Positions 29,893 through 39,829 are shown, counted from the first letter of the stretch. The stretch: 64,000 nt of DNA from a virus (IMGVR_UViG_3300035208_006730), one strand, 5' to 3'. A program made the numbers and translations. The notes: generated by a model from the letters alone, not told the origin.

Positions 29893-30691
29893 AGAAATGG
29901 TAAGAATTGAAAACGTACAAATCGGAGATGATCAAATTGAAGCGATTAGGGACAAAAATGAGGGTTGGGTTGTAGTAAAAAGAATGTGTGAAGCATTGGG
30001 GGTCGATGCGAATGGACAGAAACAGAGACTAGATAACAGTTCTTGGGCAACTACGTGCATTATCCACGCAGTTGGAAACGATGGAAAACAAAGAGAAATG
30101 TTCTGTCTATCGGTGAAAAGTGTTCCAATGTGGTTAGCAACTTTACAAACAAGTCGTCTCAATAAAACGATTCGTCCCAAAATAGAACAGTTTCAAAGAG
30201 AAGCTGCTGAAATTCTATTTAGATGGGCAGAACAAAGACCTCCGGCAAAAATGCCCACTCATTTAGAAGCTCTAGAGGGTTGGACAGCTGAACTAAGACA
30301 TTCTATTGCGTTGGAAGAAGAAAATAAAAATCTGGCGGTAATTACCCAAAAACAAGAAGAACAATTAGCTCTTGAAGCTCCAAAAGTAAAGAATTACGAA
30401 AAGTTCCTTTCTACTGATGGAGATTATTCTCTCCAAGCGGCAGCAGAAATTCTTAAATGGGGCAGACAAAGAATGATTAACACTCTTCTTAATAAGGTGT
30501 GGTTCAGAAATCCTAATGGAGAAATTGTTCCTTACCAACAGTATATAGATAGAGATCTATTCAAAGTTAAATCTGGAACCTATTTCAATGAAGTAACAAG
30601 CAAAACTAATTCTTATGTTAAAACTGTAGTAACCCCCAAAGGTCTTGAATTCCTTTCTAACCATTTAGAAACTTCAGAAGCCCTGAACTAA
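29885..30691 (+). CDS. Phage antirepressor (P22_AR N-terminal + KilAC/ANT C-terminal)
   Basis: VKRMCEALGVD...DGKQREMFCL..VPMWL; APKV...PYQQYI..TVVTPKG. Confidence 0.85.
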   Translation: MTEEMVRIENVQIGDDQIEAIRDKNEGWVVVKRMCEALGVDANGQKQRLDNSSWATTCIIHAVGNDGKQREMFCLSVKSVPMWLATLQTSRLNKTIRPKIEQFQREAAEILFRWAEQRPPAKMPTHLEALEGWTAELRHSIALEEENKNLAVITQKQEEQLALEAPKVKNYEKFLSTDGDYSLQAAAEILKWGRQRMINTLLNKVWFRNPNGEIVPYQQYIDRDLFKVKSGTYFNEVTSKTNSYVKTVVTPKGLEFLSNHLETSEALN

Positions 30692-30834
30692 CCCCTCCCC
30701 AATCTCCCCCCCCTCCAATTATTTTTCGAGAAAACTCTTTAATAACAGGTTTTAAGAATTATTTTTCGAGGATACTAGATAGTAAATAAGTCTATCCCTG
30801 CCCTTTCGTTTTGAGGGGCCGGGGTCGATAAACC

Positions 30835-30850
30835 GTGACAAAAATGTCAC
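30835..30850. promoter_or_regulatory. Palindromic operator candidate GTGACA-AAAA-TGTCAC
   Basis: Perfect 6-bp arms directly before the RBS of the 30865 gene; 13/16 identical to the reverse complement of 28473-28488. Confidence 0.55.
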
Positions 30851-30864
30851 AAAGGAGAATGACC

Positions 30865-31125
30865 ATGTATGCCAAGGATATTAACCACATTAAGGAACGT
30901 TTATCAAGGATGCATGAGCGTGACAGAGATTACTTCATGAACAAGATGAAACTGGTAGCAGAGAAGAAGGGATCGTATCTGTCTACTTGTAACAGTTGGA
31001 TGGTAGTAGTAGTGCGTAACAATGAGCGTATTGCCTCTGCCGTAGGGCATGGCAATCAATGGGATACGGTGCTGTCTGCAGGCATGACCTGCAAGGATAG
31101 TAGTGCAGTAATCATTACTGCATGA
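30865..31125 (+). CDS. Hypothetical protein
   Basis: AAGGAG RBS 7 nt before ATG 30865. Confidence 0.6.
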   Translation: MYAKDINHIKERLSRMHERDRDYFMNKMKLVAEKKGSYLSTCNSWMVVVVRNNERIASAVGHGNQWDTVLSAGMTCKDSSAVIITA

Positions 31126-31240
31126 TTGTCCAACACATAACCTCTATTACTGTAATAAGGCAGTAGTAGAGAGTAAAGGGCTAAAGGCAGCCCATAATGC
31201 CTTCTCTTCTTACTGTACCTTAGGGTACAAGGAGTCTATC

Positions 31241-32191
31241 ATGACTACTATCACTAACGTTCGTGAAGCAAAACAAACCCTCATTAACATGGAAGCCCTT
31301 CTGCCCATGGCTCGCAAGCCTGAGCAAGCGTGTAGGCTCGTTGAAGAGCTCAGGGTTTCGATCAATGTGGCTGAGCAAGAGGCAGCAGATGTCTTGTTGC
31401 TCAAGCGTGCAGCTAAAGATGCGGCTGCATGGGCAGCTACCATTGATGAGAGCTACCTGGGTTCTCGTCCACGTCAGCAAGTGGGTAAGAATCGTGACTT
31501 GCTCATCGGGGCTATCGAGAAGTTAGTTTCTGTTGAACGGTCCCTCCTCGTCATCACTGACGAAGAAGGGAAAGAACTCGGCAAGAGAGGCCGAGTCGAA
31601 AAGGAACTGGTAGAGACTCGCAAGGCAGCGCGTGCTGCCCTTGATAAGCTCAACAGTGGACGTGAATATATGGGACTTTCACGTCTCTCTCCCGAAGAAG
31701 TGCGCACTCTTGTGGAGCTCGAGTATGAGCGCCAAGAAAAGGAGGAAGGTCAACGGGACGACGACAGCGTCATCTCATACGTCGCCGATCAGGGAGTCGG
31801 TGTTGAACATGGGCTCAATGCCGACTCTTTGAGAGAAGACATTGGCGACGAGATCTCAAGGTCAGAGGCTATTGCGGAGTATTCATTGTACTCCGTTGAT
31901 CCTAAGTGGTCTGAAAAGGCTACTAAACGGATCCTCGATTGCATGGATCCAAACGGTTTGGGGCGTGCAACTCGCCCCATGTCGTTCAATGGCAAGTCTC
32001 TTGTTTGGAAAAACGGTATCGCCTTTTGGATGCCGTTAACCCATTATTCAGTGAAGCAGTCGTTAGTGTGGCTTCAAGGCCACAAAGGGAATGGGCGGCT
32101 CGGCATGTTGCGTGATCCTCGATTCACGCAGGAACATCGTCAAGTATTGATGGAGTTCGTGAGTAACTCCTGGGAACATTTCAACAGTTAA
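31241..32191 (+). CDS. Hypothetical protein sharing a C-terminal domain with 49117..50568
   Basis: AAGGAG RBS; HYSVKQSLVWLQGH motif. Confidence 0.75.
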   Translation: MTTITNVREAKQTLINMEALLPMARKPEQACRLVEELRVSINVAEQEAADVLLLKRAAKDAAAWAATIDESYLGSRPRQQVGKNRDLLIGAIEKLVSVERSLLVITDEEGKELGKRGRVEKELVETRKAARAALDKLNSGREYMGLSRLSPEEVRTLVELEYERQEKEEGQRDDDSVISYVADQGVGVEHGLNADSLREDIGDEISRSEAIAEYSLYSVDPKWSEKATKRILDCMDPNGLGRATRPMSFNGKSLVWKNGIAFWMPLTHYSVKQSLVWLQGHKGNGRLGMLRDPRFTQEHRQVLMEFVSNSWEHFNS

Positions 32192-32258
32192 CTCTTTCGT
32201 CCTGGGCATTGACGATAAAAGGCCCTGTTTCTTTAACTTATTTGCCTAGGAGATTACA

Positions 32259-32456
32259 ATGAGAAAAACTAAGAATTTATTGGATTTGGCTCGTGAAATT
32301 GGGGATTCTAACTATTTCACCATCTTCGACGAGAAAGGAGGGGGTGAAGCTATTTATCAAACTTTCGATCTTGCATTGGAGGTTCGCGCCTCCAAAAGGA
32401 TCAAGTTCAACAAGGAGTTCTACATTTATCATGGTCCCAAAGACATGGTGGTGTAG
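32259..32456 (+). CDS. Hypothetical protein
   Basis: AGGAG RBS. Confidence 0.6.
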   Translation: MRKTKNLLDLAREIGDSNYFTIFDEKGGGEAIYQTFDLALEVRASKRIKFNKEFYIYHGPKDMVV

Positions 32457-32459
32457 TCG

Positions 32460-32780
32460 CTCCGCCGTTCGGTCTGCTGAGGGCTCCCGCCCTCATCATC
32501 CCTCTCTCACTCCCCCGATTCTCCATCGCTTCGCTCTGGAGAATCTCGAACACCCCCAACCTGGATGACGACAACTAGTCATCGCAGACCCAGAAACGAA
32601 GGGAGGAAGGGCTGTTGCCCTTCCTTTCCCTTCGTTTCGTTTTAGCTCTCGCTGCTTCGCAGCTTTCGCAAAAACAGTGCCAGGAGACAACAGGTTGCTT
32701 TCTCCTAATTTCTGCCCTGGCACTTTCCCTCAATAATACTCGGAAATAGTTGAGTATTTCAGTATTAAAGAGGGTTTTGT
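32460..32780. other. GC-rich non-coding hairpin cluster
   Basis: Several stems, including a ~20-bp stem at 32593-32638 and two GCGAAGC (minus-strand) motifs. Confidence 0.6.
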
Positions 32781-32820
32781 GTTAACAATTTCGATTGCTC
32801 GAAAGAGCAGGGAGAATACA

Positions 32821-33111
32821 ATGCTTTACAGATCAGTGATAGCTCGGAACGAGGGATTCAGCACTATTAACGGTAATTATTCCTGCTCATGCTGCGAGGA
32901 AGATTCTGGCGTAGAGGCAGGTCAGGGCTGCCTCTGGGTGCTATGTCCTATTTGTAATGATAAAGGGATTCACTGTGAATCACAAAGAAATGGCAATGTA
33001 GCTGTGTGTGACAAAGAGCTTTCCGATTGGCTTTATGAAAATGATATTCAATTGGCGGATTTCGATCCGCGTGAGCATCGGGAACTCTTCGAAATCGAGG
33101 TTCAGAAATGA
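32821..33111 (+). CDS. Cys-rich hypothetical protein
   Basis: GGGAG RBS; CSCC and CPIC. Confidence 0.6.
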   Translation: MLYRSVIARNEGFSTINGNYSCSCCEEDSGVEAGQGCLWVLCPICNDKGIHCESQRNGNVAVCDKELSDWLYENDIQLADFDPREHRELFEIEVQK

Positions 33112-33282
33112 AGACTTTTATTTGTTCTTTGAATGGGGAGGGATATTGTTTCTATTTAAAGGGGAAAGTTCTTTTCTTTTCTCCTGTGGCAGTAGGGGGT
33201 AAGGAATATGCCGCCGAAAAAGCCGCCCCACACCTCCAACCATTGGTATTGAAAGCTCTTAACGTATTGAAAGGGGAATAAC

Positions 33283-33609
33283 ATGAACAAACATCTAAAG
33301 AGATACTTTCGTTGTCTCGGTCTTGAAGTCGGAGCAGCAGTTATTGCTCCTATTAGTTATCCTCTCGTCCAAGCTTATTCTTTTCGCTGTATGGCGAAAG
33401 ATCTTGGAAATTCTCAAAAAGTGCAAAACATCTGTGAAGTCGTTGGGATGGTATCAGGAGCTCTATTCATCCCGTTCGCAGGTGTAAACCTTCTTGTTTC
33501 TCCTGTGTGGTGCGCGGTAAAAGTGGGAATAGCCGCAGTAAATGACAAAATTCCCAAAACTCTGCGCCAAACATCCAACGAAATAACAAACTTCATAATG
33601 GAAGAATAA
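33283..33609 (+). CDS. Hypothetical membrane protein
   Basis: Two hydrophobic segments. Confidence 0.6.
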   Translation: MNKHLKRYFRCLGLEVGAAVIAPISYPLVQAYSFRCMAKDLGNSQKVQNICEVVGMVSGALFIPFAGVNLLVSPVWCAVKVGIAAVNDKIPKTLRQTSNEITNFIMEE

Positions 33610-33662
33610 CTTCAACTAGGGACTCTACATCCCTTTTCGAAATTATTTGAAAGGATTAAAAA

Positions 33663-34268
33663 ATGAAATACCTCTACCTTCTCTTCCTCCTTGCAATTAC
33701 ATCTTTCTTAATCGGATGTTCTCCCGTTGCTACAGTATGGAACGCTACGAATTTGGTGAACGCGCCGAAGAATGTCACGTTCTACGGCCTTGACTTCCAA
33801 ACCACTGGCTTCGATGATCGTCATTTCTCCGTCGAGAAAATCGAACAATGCATGCCTCGATGGATGAAGAGTAGTGTCAAGAGGGTGGAAAACGAGTTCA
33901 ACTTCGGTATTAGGGTCAACCTCACTCGAGGAGTAATCAGGGTCGACCAAGAACAACTCTACTTTGAAGTGAGGGAAGAAGAGACACTCAGTAGAGAAAA
34001 ACTTCGCGCCATAACCTCCCAATACATACACCCAGGAGAAGAGGGATTCGGTTACGTTATTCATATATCTTATATGACAAAGAATAAAGGAGTCTTGGGA
34101 TATGGAATCCTATTCTCAAGAGACACAGGTGAGATAATCGTAACTGCTGGAGAGATCTTCGAAGGTGACGGTCATTCACTCTATAGCTTCTATAATGATC
34201 CCTTGGAGAAAATATCCAAGAAAGTTACAAGAAGTATCGCCGTTCTATTCAATCCTCCCTCAGAATAG
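33663..34268 (+). CDS. Lipoprotein
   Basis: MKYLYLLFLLAITSFLIG-C lipobox. Confidence 0.7.
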   Translation: MKYLYLLFLLAITSFLIGCSPVATVWNATNLVNAPKNVTFYGLDFQTTGFDDRHFSVEKIEQCMPRWMKSSVKRVENEFNFGIRVNLTRGVIRVDQEQLYFEVREEETLSREKLRAITSQYIHPGEEGFGYVIHISYMTKNKGVLGYGILFSRDTGEIIVTAGEIFEGDGHSLYSFYNDPLEKISKKVTRSIAVLFNPPSE

Positions 34269-34318
34269 CCCTGTCACCAGCGTAGTTTTATATAACGTCT
34301 TAAATTCAGAGAGAAACA

Positions 34319-34864
34319 ATGCAAAGGCACACCAGTCCCAAACAAATCCCATGCTCAAGATGCGGAAAACTAACTTACATTCAAACGTGTCAAGATTGTA
34401 AAAAGATAATCAAAAAAGAAGAACGACAACTTAAATTAACGAAAAAGAAATTTCTTCAGATTATGAAGAGAAGGATAAAACAACTTTCCCAAACCAACCC
34501 AAAAACCAAGCGCACTCCAAAACTAACAAAATATAATTACATTAAACTTACATCTTTATCTCAAGATGAAAGGGAATTATTTAGTTGTATGTTCAGAAAC
34601 GGCCAAATACCAGAGCACCGTCTTGTCTTGGCAAAATTCTTAAAACGACCTCTCTTAAAAAACGAAATCGTTCATCACATCAACGGAAATAAAAAAGATA
34701 ACAGAATTGAAAACCTTCTGCTCTGTAGAGATTCGACAGAACATCTCTTCATTCATTTGAATAAAGGAGAGCTCGTTCAAAAACTCCTAAGTAGGATTTC
34801 ATATCTCGAATCTCTTCTTCAAGAAAATAACATTGAAATAGCCGCTTTCAACCCCAACCTCTAG
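34319..34864 (+). CDS. HNH homing endonuclease
   Basis: EHRLV...EIVHHINGNKKDNRIENL; N-terminal CxxC pairs. Confidence 0.85.
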   Translation: MQRHTSPKQIPCSRCGKLTYIQTCQDCKKIIKKEERQLKLTKKKFLQIMKRRIKQLSQTNPKTKRTPKLTKYNYIKLTSLSQDERELFSCMFRNGQIPEHRLVLAKFLKRPLLKNEIVHHINGNKKDNRIENLLLCRDSTEHLFIHLNKGELVQKLLSRISYLESLLQENNIEIAAFNPNL

Positions 34865-35216
34865 TGCCACTAAGCAAACCAAAAATGCGGTTTGGTCTCC
34901 AGCCAGAGACACCTTGGTGGCCGAAACCTCCCAAAAACTCCCTAGTGCTAAAATTTAAACGCGCTACCCACCATAAATAGAGGACAAAAATGAACTGGAA
35001 TGAAATATTCCTTGGCTTCCAATTGATGACAGACCTTAAAACAGATGTATACAAACCCGAAGATCCAAATTCAGAAGATCCTTGGACCCCTCCTGAAGAA
35101 TAGCAAGAAATGGAGGAAATTTCAATTAATTAACAGTGACTAATGCCTTCCTATTCCCCAGGAGAAAATAATCGTTTTTTTAGGCCCAAAACCCCCTCTA
35201 ATCGAAGGATCTAAAA

Positions 35217-35492
35217 ATGAACATTGTTCAAAAAACAGATTATCTAGAGATCCTGGATAACAAATTAGAAGTCTTTGCCTATCTAGATAGACTAACTATG
35301 GAACTTCACCTCAGAGAGAAGGAGATAGACCAACTCTCCTTACTCGGAATGCATCCTGAACGACTAATGATCAAGTCAGAAAACGACTTTATTCTCTTGA
35401 TGCTAAACATTCAGGAGGCTTTAAATGGCCTCCCAATAACATTCGAACAACCTACAAAACTTCTGTTCTATCATCAGGAGAGAAAGGAATAA
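35217..35492 (+). CDS. Hypothetical protein
   Basis: AAGGA RBS. Confidence 0.6.
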   Translation: MNIVQKTDYLEILDNKLEVFAYLDRLTMELHLREKEIDQLSLLGMHPERLMIKSENDFILLMLNIQEALNGLPITFEQPTKLLFYHQERKE

Positions 35493-35868
35493 TCTGTCCC
35501 AGTTAGGAGACAGAAATGTTTGAGAGAAAAGAGGACAATAAGTAGAATGGAGTTGATTTGACGGGTTATTTAATGACAGGAAGATACCATTCTTTACCTG
35601 TTAATTCTTCCTCCTCCTCTCCTCTCTCTTTCTATCTCTTCTATTTATCTCTTTACTATCTTTGAAGAATACATTGAAAAGGGTATCAGGGTTTAACGTC
35701 TATAATTGCTCTTTTTGATCTATTAGAGGAAAGAAAAGAGATTTCAATGGTTTATCTAAAGCTCTATTAAAGAGTTATTTTTGTTGAGAATTCTTCCATT
35801 TTTGGATCTTGGAGAATGGGCCGCGAAAAAATCTTTTAATTACCCACTCTTGGGTAGAAAGAATTCCA

Positions 35869-36108
35869 ATGCCAATAACACTGCTAGATGTAGTCAAAGA
35901 ATTCGTCAGCGAAACCTCTATCGATTTGGTCAATTTCGATCTCCTTCATAAACACCTAGCACTCAACATTCTTCCAGACACCGAAGATACCTACACAATT
36001 CGTTTCACAGTCATCGACAAAATCAACGACACACTTCAAAACTTCGAAAAACTCTCGGAAGCAGTTGAAGCTTTTGAAAACCTCCACACAACAAGGAGTA
36101 TCAAATGA
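35869..36108 (+). CDS. Hypothetical protein
   Basis: Start at MPITLL; coupled to the next ORF. Confidence 0.55.
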   Translation: MPITLLDVVKEFVSETSIDLVNFDLLHKHLALNILPDTEDTYTIRFTVIDKINDTLQNFEKLSEAVEAFENLHTTRSIK

Positions 36109-36323
36109 AACGCCTAATCGAAGAATGCCCTTTCCTTTCCTCGTTCACCTTCTTGGATGAAAATTACTACGTCCTTCCGATGACAAAAGGGCAGAAAGAT
36201 GCGATAAAAAGATCTGAAGTAAAAGTCGCATCACTCGACTCGGGAAAAGAAATGTCCATTCCGTTCGGAACGATGGTAACATCCCACTTCAACACTCCAT
36301 GGGAAGAGATGAATCTCAAATGA
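36105..36323 (+). CDS. Hypothetical protein
   Basis: AAGGAG RBS; ATGA overlap. Confidence 0.6.
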   Translation: MKRLIEECPFLSSFTFLDENYYVLPMTKGQKDAIKRSEVKVASLDSGKEMSIPFGTMVTSHFNTPWEEMNLK

Positions 36324-36670
36324 TCAAAATCAAAAATCTCCGAAACTCTAAGCCTTCAGAACCTTGGGATGTCAAAGTCGACAGATCATCTATTCTTGGC
36401 AATCCATACCTAATGCTCAATGAGAGTGAAAGAGAATCAGTCTGTGCTAAATATGAAAAATGGTTCCTAGACATAGTTACAAGTGAAACTACAAACGAAA
36501 AAAGGAAGGAATTCAAAGCAGAACTTCAACGGCTCCGAACGATCTACAAAAAATATGGCAAATTGAATCTATTCTGCTGGTGTGCGCCGAAAAAATGCCA
36601 TGCAGAAACAATTCGTCAATGGGTAAATGGTAGCAGTTGCAACAACTCTTCTCGAACAGAAAGGAACTAA
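36320..36670 (+). CDS. DUF4326-like protein
   Basis: VDRSSILGNPY...LNLFCWCAPKKCHA. Confidence 0.8.
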   Translation: MIKIKNLRNSKPSEPWDVKVDRSSILGNPYLMLNESERESVCAKYEKWFLDIVTSETTNEKRKEFKAELQRLRTIYKKYGKLNLFCWCAPKKCHAETIRQWVNGSSCNNSSRTERN

Positions 36671-37038
36671 AATGAAATACATCCCATTCATCCTTATCGC
36701 TGGTTGGATCATCCTTGCCCTTCTCACAATGGAAACTGGCAACGCAGTAATGTTCATCGACTCAGAAGGAAACTCCTGTTCCTGTCTTTATGAACAAGAA
36801 CTTGTGCCATGCAAAGACCAATCAGAAATCGACTACGTTTATATCGAACAAAATCACTGCTAGGAGAAACCAATGGAAATCTACATTGTATTTGAAGTTT
36901 CCCAGTACGACACCGGTACAGAAATCCACGGAGCGTTTATTTCCCTTGCATCAGCGGAAAAGAAGCGGAATGAAATTAAAGATGGTCTTCTAAACAACAA
37001 CGACGTTCAGATTTGGCCCATCCAATTAGAGGAATAAA

Positions 37039-37542
37039 ATGATCATCATGCTCACTGGTCACCGACCAGAAAAATTAGGAGGCTACAAACCAAACCCAAT
37101 TCAAAACTGGGTAATTGAACAACTCGACGCCCTCCTCAAAAGAGCCCTCCATTCAGATCCAAAAGTCGAAGTTATCTCAGGTATGGCTCTCGGCGCAGAT
37201 CAATGGTGGGCAACTTGTGCAATCCGTCAAGGTATCCCTGTCCACGCGTTTATTCCATTCGAAGGCTATTACTTGAAATGGCCAGAAACTTCCATGGAAA
37301 CCTACAAACAGATCCTTTCTCAATGCGTTGAAGTCAAAATCTGCTGTCCTCCTGGATACCAAGCAGAAAAAATGCAAATCCGTAATGAATTGATGGTCAT
37401 GGCAGCTACTCATCATGTAGCAATTTGGGATGGATCTTCTGGAGGAACGGCAAACGCAGTCAAATACATTAAACAACAAGGTCTGAAATACTACCGAATC
37501 AATCCCATCACCAAAACTCAAGGATGGATCGATCAAAAATGA
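37039..37542 (+). CDS. SLOG-family protein (YspA/DUF1273-like)
   Basis: TGHRPEKLGGY, ISGMALGAD, RNELMV, WDGSSGGTANAV. Confidence 0.85.
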   Translation: MIIMLTGHRPEKLGGYKPNPIQNWVIEQLDALLKRALHSDPKVEVISGMALGADQWWATCAIRQGIPVHAFIPFEGYYLKWPETSMETYKQILSQCVEVKICCPPGYQAEKMQIRNELMVMAATHHVAIWDGSSGGTANAVKYIKQQGLKYYRINPITKTQGWIDQK

Positions 37543-38027
37543 AAACTATCATCTTCTCTCTTCTTCTTTCAGCTTGTTCTCCTTGTAATCTCCAGTCAGG
37601 TATCTGCATTCCAGAAGTAGATGAGGAGATGGTGGATTTCGAAGTTCAGTATTTAAGTTCTGTTTTTGATATTAATCTCTCTGATCTCCTGGAGAATGAA
37701 GGTGTTGAATTGGTTGTGGTTGGCGCGCCAGTAAAAGCAAATAAGTGGAACGCTGGCGGCGTCTACCACAAAGATGAACAAGTTATCATTATCCTCCACA
37801 GAGACGATCCCTTGAATCAGACTCCATGTACCACTTTTTGGGGTACTTTTGGACATGAATTGATTCATTTCGTCTCGATGAATGTCCTAGGCCAAACCTC
37901 AGAACAAAACGTTTCTCACGCCATTCCAAGTCTGTTCTGGGGGTATCCAGAATCAGCATCTTGGACAGTTCAGGGAAACATGCAAAGAGCCACTAGGATT
38001 CAATGTGGCGAAGGAGATGAAGAATGA
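37539..38027 (+). CDS. Lipoprotein with an HExxH metallopeptidase motif
   Basis: LLLSA-C lipobox; GHELIH. Confidence 0.6.
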   Translation: MKTIIFSLLLSACSPCNLQSGICIPEVDEEMVDFEVQYLSSVFDINLSDLLENEGVELVVVGAPVKANKWNAGGVYHKDEQVIIILHRDDPLNQTPCTTFWGTFGHELIHFVSMNVLGQTSEQNVSHAIPSLFWGYPESASWTVQGNMQRATRIQCGEGDEE

Positions 38028-38437
38028 TCCAAGAAATAATCAATCAATGGGAAGCAAACAAACATAAACTTTGTCACTACTTCACCAAAAATCATCCAGG
38101 AAGCTACGAAGAAATCGTTAAAAAAATCTTCGAACTCGTTATCGTTGGTTATGACGCCAAAAAAATCACAAAAATTGACGACGGCGATTACCAAGGAACT
38201 CAAATCTTCCTTATTCCCAAAGACACCTATCAACCAGACATATCAAATTATATCTTCACACACACCTACTATGGCTCTTGCTCGGGATGTGATACTTTAA
38301 AAAGTATTCAAGGTTTTCAAGATAATGATAATCCTCCCAATCAAGAAGAAGTCCAAAAATACATGACATTAGCTCTCCACCTTGTTCAAAAACTCAAGCA
38401 AATGACAGGAGATGACCATGAAGTTCAAGAAGATTGA
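38024..38437 (+). CDS. Conserved phage protein
   Basis: DDGDYQG...YGSCSGCD motif. Confidence 0.7.
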   Translation: MIQEIINQWEANKHKLCHYFTKNHPGSYEEIVKKIFELVIVGYDAKKITKIDDGDYQGTQIFLIPKDTYQPDISNYIFTHTYYGSCSGCDTLKSIQGFQDNDNPPNQEEVQKYMTLALHLVQKLKQMTGDDHEVQED

Positions 38438-38794
38438 TAACACTCCAGTTTCAAATGAAGTTGTTCTGCATGTTGAAATCTTCGTCAAAGGTAAATGGAT
38501 TCAAGATGGCGAAGATAGTTTTAACAAAGCCGAAGCGTTCAATCATCTCTTCAACCTCGCAGATCTGAATCCTTTGAAAAGTGTTCGTCTCATCGAAAAC
38601 GATAAAGTCGTCAAATTCCTCGAGGGAGCTCACCATGTCACTCCATCACCGAAATCCCCGGAAGTTCAAATCAAAAACCGCTTGCAAAACCAAAATTGAT
38701 TGGCAGAAAGAAGTCCAAGAAAAGAAAGAAATCGAAGAAGAAATTGAAGCTCACCTCGATCACCTCCTTTGGGTAGAATCAATGGAGAAAGAAT

Positions 38795-39052
38795 ATGGAA
38801 CAGGTCAATCGCACCTTCGATGAACCAATTAATCAAATGCCCTGCATTCATCGAAAAGAATGCCGGCGCGACTCCCTTCAACTTTTCTCGCCGATAGACT
38901 CCTGCTCTACCTGCCAAGAGTACGTTGAAGACTTTGACGGAGAAGAAAAAGAACTTTCTCCAATTCATTGTCGTCAATGCAATACTCTCTGGCCAAAATC
39001 CGCAATGGATGAAGGTATCTGTCCAGAATGTATGGACAGCATTATCTTCTAG
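38795..39052 (+). CDS. Zn-finger protein
   Basis: Multiple CxxC motifs. Confidence 0.55.
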   Translation: MEQVNRTFDEPINQMPCIHRKECRRDSLQLFSPIDSCSTCQEYVEDFDGEEKELSPIHCRQCNTLWPKSAMDEGICPECMDSIIF

Positions 39053-39060
39053 GAGAACAA

Positions 39061-39540
39061 ATGCGCTATTTCAAAGTAATTTCAATTCTCCAACCAAACC
39101 AAGTGTTTGTATTTACAAGCAATGGCTCAGGTTTTCACGGAGCAGGATCTGCAGCATTTGCAATGTTTGGAAGATCAGATAATTGTTGGAGAGAAATGGG
39201 TCTCGGCAAAATGCCAGATGGCACTCCAGGCCTCTATGCAATAAAGGGATGTGCTAGAGGATTCCAAAAAGGAACTTCTGGCAAATCCTACGCCATCCAA
39301 ACCGTTATCAGACCAGGAGCAAAACGCTCTATCTCCAAAGAGGAACTTATCAAGCAAATCAAAGATCTTTACGTCTATACAAAATTCCACCCAGATTGGG
39401 ATTTTTTAATCGCTGGTTCGCCTCTCAACAAAGCGGGTCTTTCGGGATATAGCGGCCAAGAAATGAAAGACTTGTACTTGTCACTCTCAGTCCCAGAGAA
39501 CGTTCTCTTTCCTGAATCTTGGAACTCAGAATCGAAGTAA
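39061..39540 (+). CDS. A1S_2505-like phage protein
   Basis: VFVFTSN.SG.HGAGSA..A..FG...GKSYAI.T. Confidence 0.75.
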   Translation: MRYFKVISILQPNQVFVFTSNGSGFHGAGSAAFAMFGRSDNCWREMGLGKMPDGTPGLYAIKGCARGFQKGTSGKSYAIQTVIRPGAKRSISKEELIKQIKDLYVYTKFHPDWDFLIAGSPLNKAGLSGYSGQEMKDLYLSLSVPENVLFPESWNSESK

Positions 39541-39579
39541 GTTTCTAAAATTAAATGGCTATTGCCAAAAGGAGATTCT

Positions 39580-39816
39580 ATGGAACCTATCACGATGACT
39601 ACTCTCGTTCTCGTTGCTCTTGGTCTTGATGAAGCTCGTGATTTCGTCAAGGGCGTTACCAAACAAGCCATCGGTCGAGAAATCACCGCAGGCAGTCTTC
39701 TCGGCAGCATCGTCGGCGGCGCAGGTCGAGGTCTCGTTGAACACCTCATTTCCAAACCTGCAAAACAATACGTTGAAACTCCACCCAATGTTCAACCAAA
39801 AGAAGTAGTCGCATGA
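39580..39816 (+). CDS. Small glycine-zipper protein
   Basis: AGGAG RBS; GSLLGSIVGGAG. Confidence 0.55.
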   Translation: MEPITMTTLVLVALGLDEARDFVKGVTKQAIGREITAGSLLGSIVGGAGRGLVEHLISKPAKQYVETPPNVQPKEVVA

Positions 39817-39829
39817 ATCTCTTTACCTC

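Noticed and set aside
33240-33275. Two GTATTGAAAG motifs resembling CRISPR repeat 3' ends
   Set aside because: Only 19 nt apart, with no repeat body or consistent stem.
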